A stretch of 51,261 nucleotides of DNA from a virus (lineage: Duplodnaviria; Caudoviricetes), in IMG/VR virus record IMGVR_UViG_3300046011_009473, positions 1 through 51,261 of that record. One strand, given 5' to 3'. Positions 26,184-34,422 of this stretch are shown piece after piece (position 1 is the first letter of the stretch; each line of letters opens with the position of its first letter). A program made the translations under genes and the position numbers. Under the pieces are notes generated by a model. It was not told the DNA's origin, searched no databases, and saw only the letters and a list, made by a program, of their open reading frames with translations.

Positions 26184-26900
26184 GAAAGACATCTTCAACT
26201 AATGTTTTTCAAAAAGAAGAGGTCACTAACAGACTGAAAATTTTCAATACTTATTTAGAAAAAACAGAAAATGCTTCAGTATGTTAGCCCTCTTCGATAG
26301 AATATTTTTAGAGCAAAATCGGATATATGGCATATATTGAGAACGTCCTCTAGCCAAGGGTCAACAGTAGGGTGAAAACCCCTTACGGTTTTGCTGTAAA
26401 AATATTTTTAGATGGTAGTTTTGCTAAAGGGTTTGCACCTTTTTAACTGACGCAACAGGCAAAATTACTTTCGGAAAATATTTTTCCGCCGCGTATTGGT
26501 TTTTGTAAAGTATTTTCCAATGCGCGGTTTTAACATGTGCCGCCGAAGTCCCTAGAGGGAGCTTTGAAGGTTTGGGAGTGCAATTCTTCTAGGCGGGGAG
26601 TAAATAGCGGTCTTGGGTAGAGTCGCCCTCATGAAGCGATTTGAGTAATTCTCCTCGGCTAGTTCGATTCTAGCAACCGCTACCAAGTCAGCCTGACTAG
26701 AGAATAAGGCGCGAGTCTCGTTAGAGACAAACTTAACGCAAGTTGTACGAAGCCAGAACATTGATTTATTGCGGCGTTTAGCCGTGTTCTGGCTTCGTTT
26801 TAATCTCTTTCCAAGTCAGATTAACCGCAGCCCATTGTAAATTGGGAACAACTTTTTGAAGAGTTTGTTTAGCAAAGAGTTAGTCTGGCGTGGTGAGGTA
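26184..26900 (+). ncRNA. Putative highly structured ncRNA array (about 9 consecutive stem-loop or multibranch elements)
   Basis: No credible ORF. Successive inverted repeats whose imperfections are mostly G-U-compatible on the plus strand; see findings. Confidence 0.65.
26606..26685 (+). tRNA. Atypical tRNA-like element: CAT anticodon, no D-arm, long variable region, encoded CCA
   Basis: Acceptor AGCGGT(C)/(A)ACCGCT-A-CCA; T-arm GCTAG-TTCGATT-CTAGC; anticodon arm TCGC(C)-CTCATGA-(A)GCGA; only 10 nt where the D-arm should be. Confidence 0.6.
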
Positions 26901-26939
26901 TTAATTAAAAAACTATAACACACTGAAAACACAGAAAAC

Positions 26940-28493
26940 ATGGAAATCTTTTTTAACCATACTAGAAACCGATACGAGCTAAGCTGCTCTTTTGAAGAAA
27001 GAGACCAAGCTAAATGTTTGGGCTTTAAGTGGTGCCCCGAATTTAACGTGTGGTTTGCACGCGACTGGTACGCAGCTTGGAAAGCTTATTTAAAAGTTGA
27101 CACGGCACACAGAAAAAAACCGGAATTAGAAAAATTTTCCCGCAATCTTGAGCTTTCTTACTCTACATCTTTTGGGATTTTTGAAAAGAAACATCTTAAG
27201 GACTTTCAAAACGCGGGGGTTGAAGAGCTACTTTGCCGCAAAGGTTTTAATCTTCTGGCTGACGAACAAGGCTTGGGCAAAACAATCCAAGTTTTAGAAT
27301 TTGCAAAATTTGCCATTAAAAACAGCCAAACCCGATTTGTAAAACCAAATAAAGTTCTGGTGATTGCACCATCCTCGCTTAAAATAAATTGGCAACGCGA
27401 AGCTAAAAAATTTGATTCAGAAGATATTTTTAAAATCGAAATATTAAGAGGCACTAAAGCTAAAATAGAAAATCCCGACACAAACTTGGTAATTGTAAAT
27501 TATGACCTTTTAAGCTCGGGCATCGTATTTGACCAGCTCGAGAAATATAATGCAGACTTAGTTTTAGGCGACGAAATCCATTTAACTAAAAGCCCTAACG
27601 CCGCACGGACTAAGCGGACTTTTTCAATTGCAAAAAAGGCTAAAAAATTCATCGCAATTTCGGGTACACCGATTCCAAATCGCCCAATAGAAATCTTCCC
27701 ACTGCTAAAAACTTTTTGCCCAGAAGCCCTTGGGCATTACGCAGATCAACGCCGCTTTGAGTACCATTTCTGCGCTGGGTTCCAAGATAAATGGGGTTTT
27801 AACAATTCCGGTGCATCAAATCTTGAGGAGCTTGGTGAAAGATTACGCGCGACGTGCATGATTCGTCGGCTTAAAAAAGACGTTCTTGGAAATAATAAAA
27901 TGCCACCACAAATTTTAGCTTTTGAAGCGGATGCCACCACTATGGCGTTGACCCTGAAAGAACACGAATTGGCTGCAGAATTTTTGAAAAAAAATAAAGA
28001 GATACCCAACATCGGCGAGATCGCAGAAATTCGACAAGAGCTGGCAATGCGTAAATTACCACTCGCAATTCAGTTTATAAAAGATTTGCTTTTATGTAAT
28101 AATAAAGTGGTAGTTTTTGCACACCATCGCGCAGTTATTGCGGAGCTTTTGTCAAACTTTGCTGAAAATTCAGTAGCTATTATGGGCGGGTTGTCTGAAA
28201 AACAGAAACAAAACGCAGTAGATTGTTTTCAAAACGACCCATCGATTCAAGTTTTCATTGGGCAAATACAGGCTGCGGGTGTGGGGATAACTTTGACCGC
28301 CGCGAGCCAAGTGGTTTTTGTGGAAAGCGCGTGGTCACCCGGAGATATTGACCAATGCGTTGACCGCTGCGATCGTATCGGACAGACTAAATGGGTACAA
28401 GCTAGATTCTTAGTTATTGAAGACAGTTTAGAGGAGCATATGTTGAAAGTTGCTTTCGACAAGGCAAAAAATATTAACAAAATAATGGGGTAA
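26940..28493 (+). CDS. SNF2/HARP-like SF2 helicase
   Basis: LLADEQGLGKT, APSSLKINW, DEIH, SGTP, RRLKKDVL, AAGVGITLT, DRCDRIGQ. Confidence 0.92.
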   Translation: MEIFFNHTRNRYELSCSFEERDQAKCLGFKWCPEFNVWFARDWYAAWKAYLKVDTAHRKKPELEKFSRNLELSYSTSFGIFEKKHLKDFQNAGVEELLCRKGFNLLADEQGLGKTIQVLEFAKFAIKNSQTRFVKPNKVLVIAPSSLKINWQREAKKFDSEDIFKIEILRGTKAKIENPDTNLVIVNYDLLSSGIVFDQLEKYNADLVLGDEIHLTKSPNAARTKRTFSIAKKAKKFIAISGTPIPNRPIEIFPLLKTFCPEALGHYADQRRFEYHFCAGFQDKWGFNNSGASNLEELGERLRATCMIRRLKKDVLGNNKMPPQILAFEADATTMALTLKEHELAAEFLKKNKEIPNIGEIAEIRQELAMRKLPLAIQFIKDLLLCNNKVVVFAHHRAVIAELLSNFAENSVAIMGGLSEKQKQNAVDCFQNDPSIQVFIGQIQAAGVGITLTAASQVVFVESAWSPGDIDQCVDRCDRIGQTKWVQARFLVIEDSLEEHMLKVAFDKAKNINKIMG

Positions 28494-28497
28494 AAGA

Positions 28498-28758
28498 ATG
28501 ATTAGTCAATTTTATAAAGCGTTGAAGTTCCACATTTTACACCTTCGCCTATGCTGGTTGCGTGCAAAATTTGAAAGTAAGAATGGCCATAAGCCATACA
28601 GACTGCATTTGAACGGAGAAGTTTTTGATTTTATGTATATTTACATTTCAACTTATGGATTTTTTGAGAACCTAAACTTTGAATACGTTTATGAAGACGT
28701 ATTTGGCGTACCAAGTTTATCAAGAAGCAACGGAATCAAATTTGCTCGTTATGAGTAA
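28498..28758 (+). CDS. Hypothetical protein
   Basis: 86-aa ORF starting 4 nt after the helicase stop. Confidence 0.55.
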   Translation: MISQFYKALKFHILHLRLCWLRAKFESKNGHKPYRLHLNGEVFDFMYIYISTYGFFENLNFEYVYEDVFGVPSLSRSNGIKFARYE

Positions 28759-28791
28759 TTTGTGTTTTTACTAACTACAATACAAAAAAAA

Positions 28792-29454
28792 ATGATTAAA
28801 AATTCAGTATCGATTTTGGATATAGCTAATTTATCTCAAACCGAAAAACAAAACCATACCATTGGTCTTTTAACTTCAATTGACCTTTCTCTTAAACAAC
28901 TTTTGGTTTGGGCGCCGCTTAGTGTTGGTCGCGCTGCCGTTGATAATCAATACCGTATGGAAATCGGGGAAGATTATGATAAGGATTTTGGTAAAGATCT
29001 AAGAGATCTAAACGCGTCTGCGGTAATGTCAGCAGATGAAGTAGTTCAAGCCGCAGAAAAAATTGCAGCTGCTAAACCAAGATCCCCAAGAAAAGCGGCT
29101 GCACCTGTTGCAGCTATCGCCCCTGTAGCTGCACCAGCAGTTGCACCAGAAGAAACAACTTTGGCTATCGCCCCTGTAACTGCACCAGCAGTTGCACCAG
29201 CAGTTGCACCAGCAGTTGCACCAGCAGTTGCACTGGAGATGACAATCGACCAAGTTAGAAACGCTGCCACTAAGTTCATCGCGGCGATAACTGCTAGAGG
29301 TGAAATTGGCTCCGAGGTTTTTTCAAAACTATTGAAAGCCCAAGGGGTTTCGGTCATTTCAGCTTTAGATAAGTCTAAATACCCAGCATTAGTGGCTGAA
29401 ATGGTAAAAATTGTACCAGCAATTGCGACTGAAGTATTTGACCCGCTTAAATAG
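28792..29454 (+). CDS. Hypothetical replication-module protein with an Ala/Pro linker (ATG at 28792 preferred over GTG at 28762)
   Basis: APAV repeats, then TIDQVRNAA...LLKAQGVSVISALDKSKY, a pattern usually found next to DUF2800 genes. Confidence 0.75.
   Translation: MIKNSVSILDIANLSQTEKQNHTIGLLTSIDLSLKQLLVWAPLSVGRAAVDNQYRMEIGEDYDKDFGKDLRDLNASAVMSADEVVQAAEKIAAAKPRSPRKAAAPVAAIAPVAAPAVAPEETTLAIAPVTAPAVAPAVAPAVAPAVALEMTIDQVRNAATKFIAAITARGEIGSEVFSKLLKAQGVSVISALDKSKYPALVAEMVKIVPAIATEVFDPLK
29181..29233. repeat. 12-bp tandem repeat (TGCACCAGCAGT)x4 encoding APAV
   Basis: Read directly; a ~37-bp block is also duplicated at ~29114 and ~29164. Confidence 0.95.
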
Positions 29455-29463
29455 CAACTTTTT

Positions 29464-29493
29464 TCCAAAGGTGTCGAATTCGACACCTTTGGA
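29464..29493. repeat. Perfect 30-bp palindrome with no loop
   Basis: TCCAAAGGTGTCGAA|TTCGACACCTTTGGA. Confidence 0.97.
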
Positions 29494-29529
29494 TTTAAAA
29501 AAATCCTTTAATCTTAAAAGCTAAAAAAT

Positions 29530-29814
29530 ATGAAAAGTAATCAAAAACTAAAACAAGAAGCCCGCATTGCAAATGCCATAGCAACTAAAGATTATAAAGT
29601 CCTCGGTGGGGTGAATAGTCCGATGTCTGGGTATTTCAAATTCAAGGATGCCTACTTGAACGCTGTAAAGCAGAAGAATATTACGACAGCAAGCATTCGA
29701 GAGGAGTTCGGACGTGAAAAAATTAACCCAAGAAAAATAATAAGGTGCTCAGATTGTGGAGAAAAAGTTCCATCTTTTTTCAGCCGTATTGACCAAAATT
29801 GCCTCGCCCAATAA
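29530..29814 (+). CDS. Hypothetical protein with C-terminal CxxC
   Basis: 94 aa; RCSDCGEK...QNC. Confidence 0.65.
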   Translation: MKSNQKLKQEARIANAIATKDYKVLGGVNSPMSGYFKFKDAYLNAVKQKNITTASIREEFGREKINPRKIIRCSDCGEKVPSFFSRIDQNCLAQ

Positions 29815-29833
29815 TTAACTTAATTAAAAAGCT

Positions 29834-31024
29834 ATGACTGCACACTCAAATCTCGGCGCGTCCTCTGCAAGCAGATGGATGAATTGCCCCGGTAGTAATA
29901 AATTGATCGAACAATTGCCCTTTAAACCCCAATCGGGGCCATACGCCGAACTTGGCTCTGCAGCTCACGCGCTTGCCGAGTACTGCCTGATAAACGACTG
30001 CCTGCCTGATATTTGGGTTGATACTCAAGGACCTGTCAAAGACCAGAATGGCAAAGACGTAATAACTCAGGATGTTTTTATCGATATCAATATGGTGGAA
30101 GCCGTAGCCGTTTATATCGAGTACATTCAAGAAAGGCTAAAGTTTGGCGGCGAACTATTTATCGAAACAAAATTTGATCTGAGCCACCTTCACGAAGGGA
30201 TGTTTGGGACTTCTGACGCGGCGATTTACAACCCAATGCTTGGCGTATTGGAAATTGTAGATTACAAACACGGCCAAGGTGTCGCGGTTTCGCCAGAAAG
30301 AAATAGCCAAGCAATGTTCTATGGTCTTGGCGCACTGCACGCTTTTGACGAAAAATTCCAAATTGATAAAGTCATTTTGACGATTGTGCAACCAAGAGCC
30401 GCTGGCGCACCAGTGAAAACTTGGGAAACAACGCCAGAAGTTTTAAGAGAATTTGGAGACCAGTTAAAGAAAGCCGCGCAAGCTACTTACAGAAAAGGCG
30501 CAAAACTGGCAACAGGCGACTGGTGTAAGTTTTGCCCAGCTCAAGCGTTATGCCCAAAGATTAAAGAAAGATCAATGGAAGTGGCTCAAGCGGTATTCAA
30601 TGACGAAACTAAAATTGTCTTGCCAGATCCCAAACTTTTAAGCTTCGATCAGTTAAAAGAAATTTTAGATTTCTCGGACACATTGACTAATTGGTTAAAA
30701 ACAGCCGAAGGTTTTGCGCTTGAGTTAGCCCAACGTGGTCAAAAAATACCGGGCTACAAACTGGTTCAAAAACGTGCTAACCGCAGATGGAAATTTGAAG
30801 ATGAGGTGATCGCAGAAAAAATTTCAAGAGTATGCACCGGTCAAGATATCTATTCAAAACCAAAATTACTCTCACCAGCTCAAATTGAGAAGCTGAAAAT
30901 TGACAAGAATTTGGTAGCCTCTTTAACCGAGACACCGGATAACGGAACTACTCTTGCGCTTGCAGAAGACCGCAGACCAGAAGTAGCTCCAGTAACTGCA
31001 CAAGATGTCTTTCTTGTGCATTAA
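29834..31024 (+). CDS. DUF2800 PD-(D/E)XK (Cas4-like) nuclease
   Basis: HSNLGASSASRWMNCPGS, GSAAH, FGTSD, IVDYKHG, IVQPR, WCKFCPA...CP, PGYKLV. Confidence 0.88.
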   Translation: MTAHSNLGASSASRWMNCPGSNKLIEQLPFKPQSGPYAELGSAAHALAEYCLINDCLPDIWVDTQGPVKDQNGKDVITQDVFIDINMVEAVAVYIEYIQERLKFGGELFIETKFDLSHLHEGMFGTSDAAIYNPMLGVLEIVDYKHGQGVAVSPERNSQAMFYGLGALHAFDEKFQIDKVILTIVQPRAAGAPVKTWETTPEVLREFGDQLKKAAQATYRKGAKLATGDWCKFCPAQALCPKIKERSMEVAQAVFNDETKIVLPDPKLLSFDQLKEILDFSDTLTNWLKTAEGFALELAQRGQKIPGYKLVQKRANRRWKFEDEVIAEKISRVCTGQDIYSKPKLLSPAQIEKLKIDKNLVASLTETPDNGTTLALAEDRRPEVAPVTAQDVFLVH

Positions 31025-31047
31025 TATTAACCTTAATTTTAAAGCAA

Positions 31048-31413
31048 ATGCACATTAAAATTAACGACCGTGACGTCGCCCCACAAAACGTAGCTGAAGC
31101 CGCTTTGGAGAAAGAAATCCGCTCGATTCATTTTGAATTGAACGAACAGTTTTCTTTTGATAATGCTTTTGAAGCTATGTTTGCTATAGGGTCCGCTTTA
31201 GGTAGGGTCGAAGTGGGCGAGCCTGAAGAGCCTAAGTTATTAAGCCCTGAAGAGTTCACCAAAGCTTTGTCTAAAACAAAAGCAGAAGCCGAAGCAGAAG
31301 CTAAAGCCGAAGAATCTAATCAAATGGATTGGGTGGACTTAGAAAATCTGAGATGCCTTGCAGAAGCAGAAGCCGAAACAGAAACTAAAGCAAAAGCTAA
31401 AAAACATTTTTAA
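31048..31413 (+). CDS. Hypothetical acidic protein
   Basis: 121 aa with AEAEAE tracts. Confidence 0.65.
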   Translation: MHIKINDRDVAPQNVAEAALEKEIRSIHFELNEQFSFDNAFEAMFAIGSALGRVEVGEPEEPKLLSPEEFTKALSKTKAEAEAEAKAEESNQMDWVDLENLRCLAEAEAETETKAKAKKHF

Positions 31414-31441
31414 CATTTTTAACACTTAAAACATAAATAAT

Positions 31442-32014
31442 ATGACACACACTATCACTCCGAGAGGCCGCGTAAGCTTCGCAAACGTATTTAAGCCAAA
31501 ACTTAATGCGTTAAATAACAAAAATGAGTATTCTTTGGATTTACTTTTTCCAAAAACTCAAGACATTTCTTCTATCAAAAATGAAATCCGTAGAGTAATC
31601 GCGGATAAATGGCCTAGTAAAGAAATGAAAGGTTTGAGACTGCCGATCAAAGACGGTGATGGCTTAAAACAAAATGGTAGCGCGTACCCAGCTGAATACC
31701 ACGGACACGTTTTCATCACTTTTAAATCAGAGCTGCAACCCGGATTGGTTGACGCTCAACGCCAGCCGATAATCGACCCGAATGAATTTTATTCAGGTTG
31801 TTTTGCCATTGTGCATTATCGCGCTTCAGCTTACGACCACCAAGCAAACAAAGGCGTTTCGCTTTGGTTGAATAACGTTCAAAAAGTTGCTGAAGGCGAA
31901 GCTTTTGCAACTCGCAAATCAAAAGCTGAAGACGTTTTTGCAGACCAAGGTTCAGAAAATCCAGCTAACTACGCTGCACCTGCGGTTAGTCAATCTTTCA
32001 ACCCTCTTGCATAA
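31442..32014 (+). CDS. DUF2815 single-stranded DNA-binding protein (T7 gp2.5-like fold)
   Basis: GRVSFANVFKP, YSLDLLFPK, PIKDGD, FYSGC, NKGVSLWLNNVQK. Confidence 0.87.
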   Translation: MTHTITPRGRVSFANVFKPKLNALNNKNEYSLDLLFPKTQDISSIKNEIRRVIADKWPSKEMKGLRLPIKDGDGLKQNGSAYPAEYHGHVFITFKSELQPGLVDAQRQPIIDPNEFYSGCFAIVHYRASAYDHQANKGVSLWLNNVQKVAEGEAFATRKSKAEDVFADQGSENPANYAAPAVSQSFNPLA

Positions 32015-34005
32015 TGACAGTTCACATTGACTTTGAAACAAGATCATTGGTGAGTCTGAAAGACGTAGGTGCTTGGGTGTATTCAGAACACCCAAGCACT
32101 GAAATCCTTTGCATGAAATATGCAATTGACAAAGGCCCAATAAAACTATGGCTACCCCTTCAACCTTTCCCACAATTTTTAGCAGATGAAATCGAATTTG
32201 GAAACATCTTTGAAGCCCACAACGCCTTCTTCGAAAAGGCAATCTGGCAAAACATCGGTCAACCTCGGCACGGCTTTCCAATGGTTCCGGCTACACAGTG
32301 GCAATGCACAGCTGCAAGAGCTGCGTACTTCGCGCTTCCACGCGCTCTTGGAAACTGCGGTCGCGCACTTGGACTCTCTACCACCAAGGACGACCTTGGG
32401 AAAAAAGTAATGATGCAGCTCGCTAAACCAAACCCTAAGACGGGTAAGTTTCTAGACGAGCTGGATAATTTAGAAAAATATTTACAGCTTTACCAATATT
32501 GCGAAACCGACGTTGCGTCGGAACGCGCAATCTCTGAAGCACTACCGCAGCTACCAGCTTTTGAAAAGAAAGTTTGGCTGTTAGATCAATTAATAAATTC
32601 TCGCGGCATTCCGATTGATCGCGAAGCGGTTACTGCAGCACTAAAAATCTTAGACGAATACCAAAGCCGCTTGAAGAACGAAGTTTTAGAAATTACTGAA
32701 GGTGAGATAAAAACTATTGGTCAGCGGAATAAAGTTATGGAATGGTGTGCCGCAAGAGGCGAAACTTTACTTGGTTATGACAAAGCTCAAATCGCAACTG
32801 CTATTTCAAAAGTAAAAAACCCGAAAGTAAAAAGACTTCTTGAGATCAGACAAGCCTTGGGTAAAACCAGCACTGCAAAGTACGAAGCCATGAAAAATTC
32901 ATGTGGTAAAGACGGTCGTATTCGCGATGTGCTTATGTACCATGGGGCAGCTACGGGACGTTGGGCTGGCAAACTTGTCCAGTTCCAAAATCTTCCAAAA
33001 GGAAATATCAAAGACATGACCACCGCCGTGGCGGCAATTAAATCTGGCGATGCTGATTTAATTGAGATGCTTTATGGCAATGTCATGGGTTTCATGTCTT
33101 CAGCGATTCGGGGTATGGTCAGCGCGAGTGAAGGTAAGCGCTTAATCGCTGCGGATTTCGCGGCAATTGAAGCGAGAGTTTTAGCTTGGTTAAGTGGTTG
33201 TGAATTAATGTTAAAACAATTCCGCGATGGCGCCGATCTTTACGTCGATATGGCTGCGAAAATTTATGGCATCAAACCGGAAGAAGTTACCAGCGATCAG
33301 CGTCAACTTGGTAAAGCTGCTATTCTTGGCGCGGGTTACGGCATGGGTAAAGTAAAGTTCCATGCAACGTGTTTAAGTTGGGGCATTAAGGTCAGTGAAG
33401 ATTTGGCGGCTGCGGCAATTAATACTTACCGAGAAACTTACCGAGAAGTGACAAACTTTTGGCGCGAAATGGAGAAGAAAGCTGTCGAAGCCACTAAATA
33501 CAAAACCCCTTCTAACCGTGTAGGAGCGGGCAAGGTCCATTGGGTTATTGGCAAGGAATTTTTACAATGCCTTTTACCAAGCGGGCGAAGCTTAAATTTT
33601 TACAAACCAGAAGTGGTAAAACATATCTCGCGGTATGCGCACAAGAACGGAGTAGAAGATTTGAAAAATGCTTGGAGTACTTCGGATGTTCTTACTTTTA
33701 TGGGTGAAAAAGCTGGTAAAAGCGGCGGTAAGAGTTGGCAACGTGTTGACACTTACGGTGGCAAACTGGTGGAAAATATCACTCAAGCAGTGGCGCGTGA
33801 TTTGATGGCAGAAGCAATGCTCAGAATTGAAGCCGCAGGATACGAAATCATTTTGTCAGTCCACGATGAATTGATCGCCGAGGTAAGAGAAGATTCGAGC
33901 CATTCGGTAGAACAGTTTGAAAAATTAATGTCCGCTTTACCGTCATGGGCGGCAGGTTGTCCAGTTGAAGCAAAAGGCTGGATTGGTAAAAACTATAAAA
34001 AATAA
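32014..34005 (+). CDS. Family A DNA polymerase with 3'-5' exonuclease
   Basis: Exonuclease IDFET/AHNAFFE/YCETD; TGRW; motif A ADFAAIEARV; motif B RQLGKAAILGAGYG; motif C SVHDE. Confidence 0.95.
   Translation: MTVHIDFETRSLVSLKDVGAWVYSEHPSTEILCMKYAIDKGPIKLWLPLQPFPQFLADEIEFGNIFEAHNAFFEKAIWQNIGQPRHGFPMVPATQWQCTAARAAYFALPRALGNCGRALGLSTTKDDLGKKVMMQLAKPNPKTGKFLDELDNLEKYLQLYQYCETDVASERAISEALPQLPAFEKKVWLLDQLINSRGIPIDREAVTAALKILDEYQSRLKNEVLEITEGEIKTIGQRNKVMEWCAARGETLLGYDKAQIATAISKVKNPKVKRLLEIRQALGKTSTAKYEAMKNSCGKDGRIRDVLMYHGAATGRWAGKLVQFQNLPKGNIKDMTTAVAAIKSGDADLIEMLYGNVMGFMSSAIRGMVSASEGKRLIAADFAAIEARVLAWLSGCELMLKQFRDGADLYVDMAAKIYGIKPEEVTSDQRQLGKAAILGAGYGMGKVKFHATCLSWGIKVSEDLAAAAINTYRETYREVTNFWREMEKKAVEATKYKTPSNRVGAGKVHWVIGKEFLQCLLPSGRSLNFYKPEVVKHISRYAHKNGVEDLKNAWSTSDVLTFMGEKAGKSGGKSWQRVDTYGGKLVENITQAVARDLMAEAMLRIEAAGYEIILSVHDELIAEVREDSSHSVEQFEKLMSALPSWAAGCPVEAKGWIGKNYKK
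33613..33671 (+). repeat. DUF3310-derived 59-bp segment inside the polymerase gene
   Basis: 53/59 identical to 34314..34372. Confidence 0.93.
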
Positions 34006-34016
34006 AAGGAGATATT

Positions 34017-34421
34017 ATGAAATTTGAAAATCTTAAAAAAGGTCAAAAAATTATTGCCCCAAGTGTCGGCGCGGATCCTCTTTTGGTTAAAAAAGTTAGC
34101 GCTGACAAAGTACATTTAGAAAATATACGACTTAAGCAATCCGTAGAATTGCCCAAAAGTCTTGTGGATGCGGGTCGCCTTCAAGGATATAAAGTTTCAA
34201 ATGGAGATGTCAAAAAATCTAGCACCCCAGAAAATCCACAGCACTACCGCCAAGGTAAAATAGAACCGTGGGATTTTATCACCGACCAAGGTTTGAATTA
34301 TTTCGCTGGAAATGTGGTAAAATACATCTCGCGGTATGCCCAGAAGAACGGCGTAGAAGATTTGAAAAAAGCCAAGACTTACTTGGAAAAACTAATTTTA
34401 ATTGAGGAGGAAAGCAAATAG
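34017..34421 (+). CDS. DUF3310 domain protein (T7 gp1.7/SaV-related) with N-terminal extension
   Basis: NPQHYRQGKIEPWDFI...YFAGNVVKYISRY..KNGVEDLKKAKTYL. Confidence 0.9.
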   Translation: MKFENLKKGQKIIAPSVGADPLLVKKVSADKVHLENIRLKQSVELPKSLVDAGRLQGYKVSNGDVKKSSTPENPQHYRQGKIEPWDFITDQGLNYFAGNVVKYISRYAQKNGVEDLKKAKTYLEKLILIEEESK

Positions 34422-34422
34422 C

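Noticed and set aside
26606-26685. tRNA-Sec (TCA) or tmRNA
   Set aside because: Reading TCA as the anticodon puts C at position 33 and there is no long D-stem. The acceptor stem has no G3-U70 pair and no tag ORF is evident.
26552-26761. 69-aa minus-strand ORF
   Set aside because: It is antisense to the tRNA-like element and against the local transcription direction.
29029-29486. Cys/Trp-rich (CNCW)n ORF and 146-aa minus-strand ORF
   Set aside because: They are antisense shadows of the APAV tandem repeat.
29464-29493. Protelomerase target site
   Set aside because: No protelomerase gene is seen and the site is internal to an operon.
32014-34005. Intein or intron in the polymerase (also considered for terL and the helicases)
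   Set aside because: The ORFs are continuous and of normal length with no splicing or homing-endonuclease motifs; the only insert is ~20 aa.
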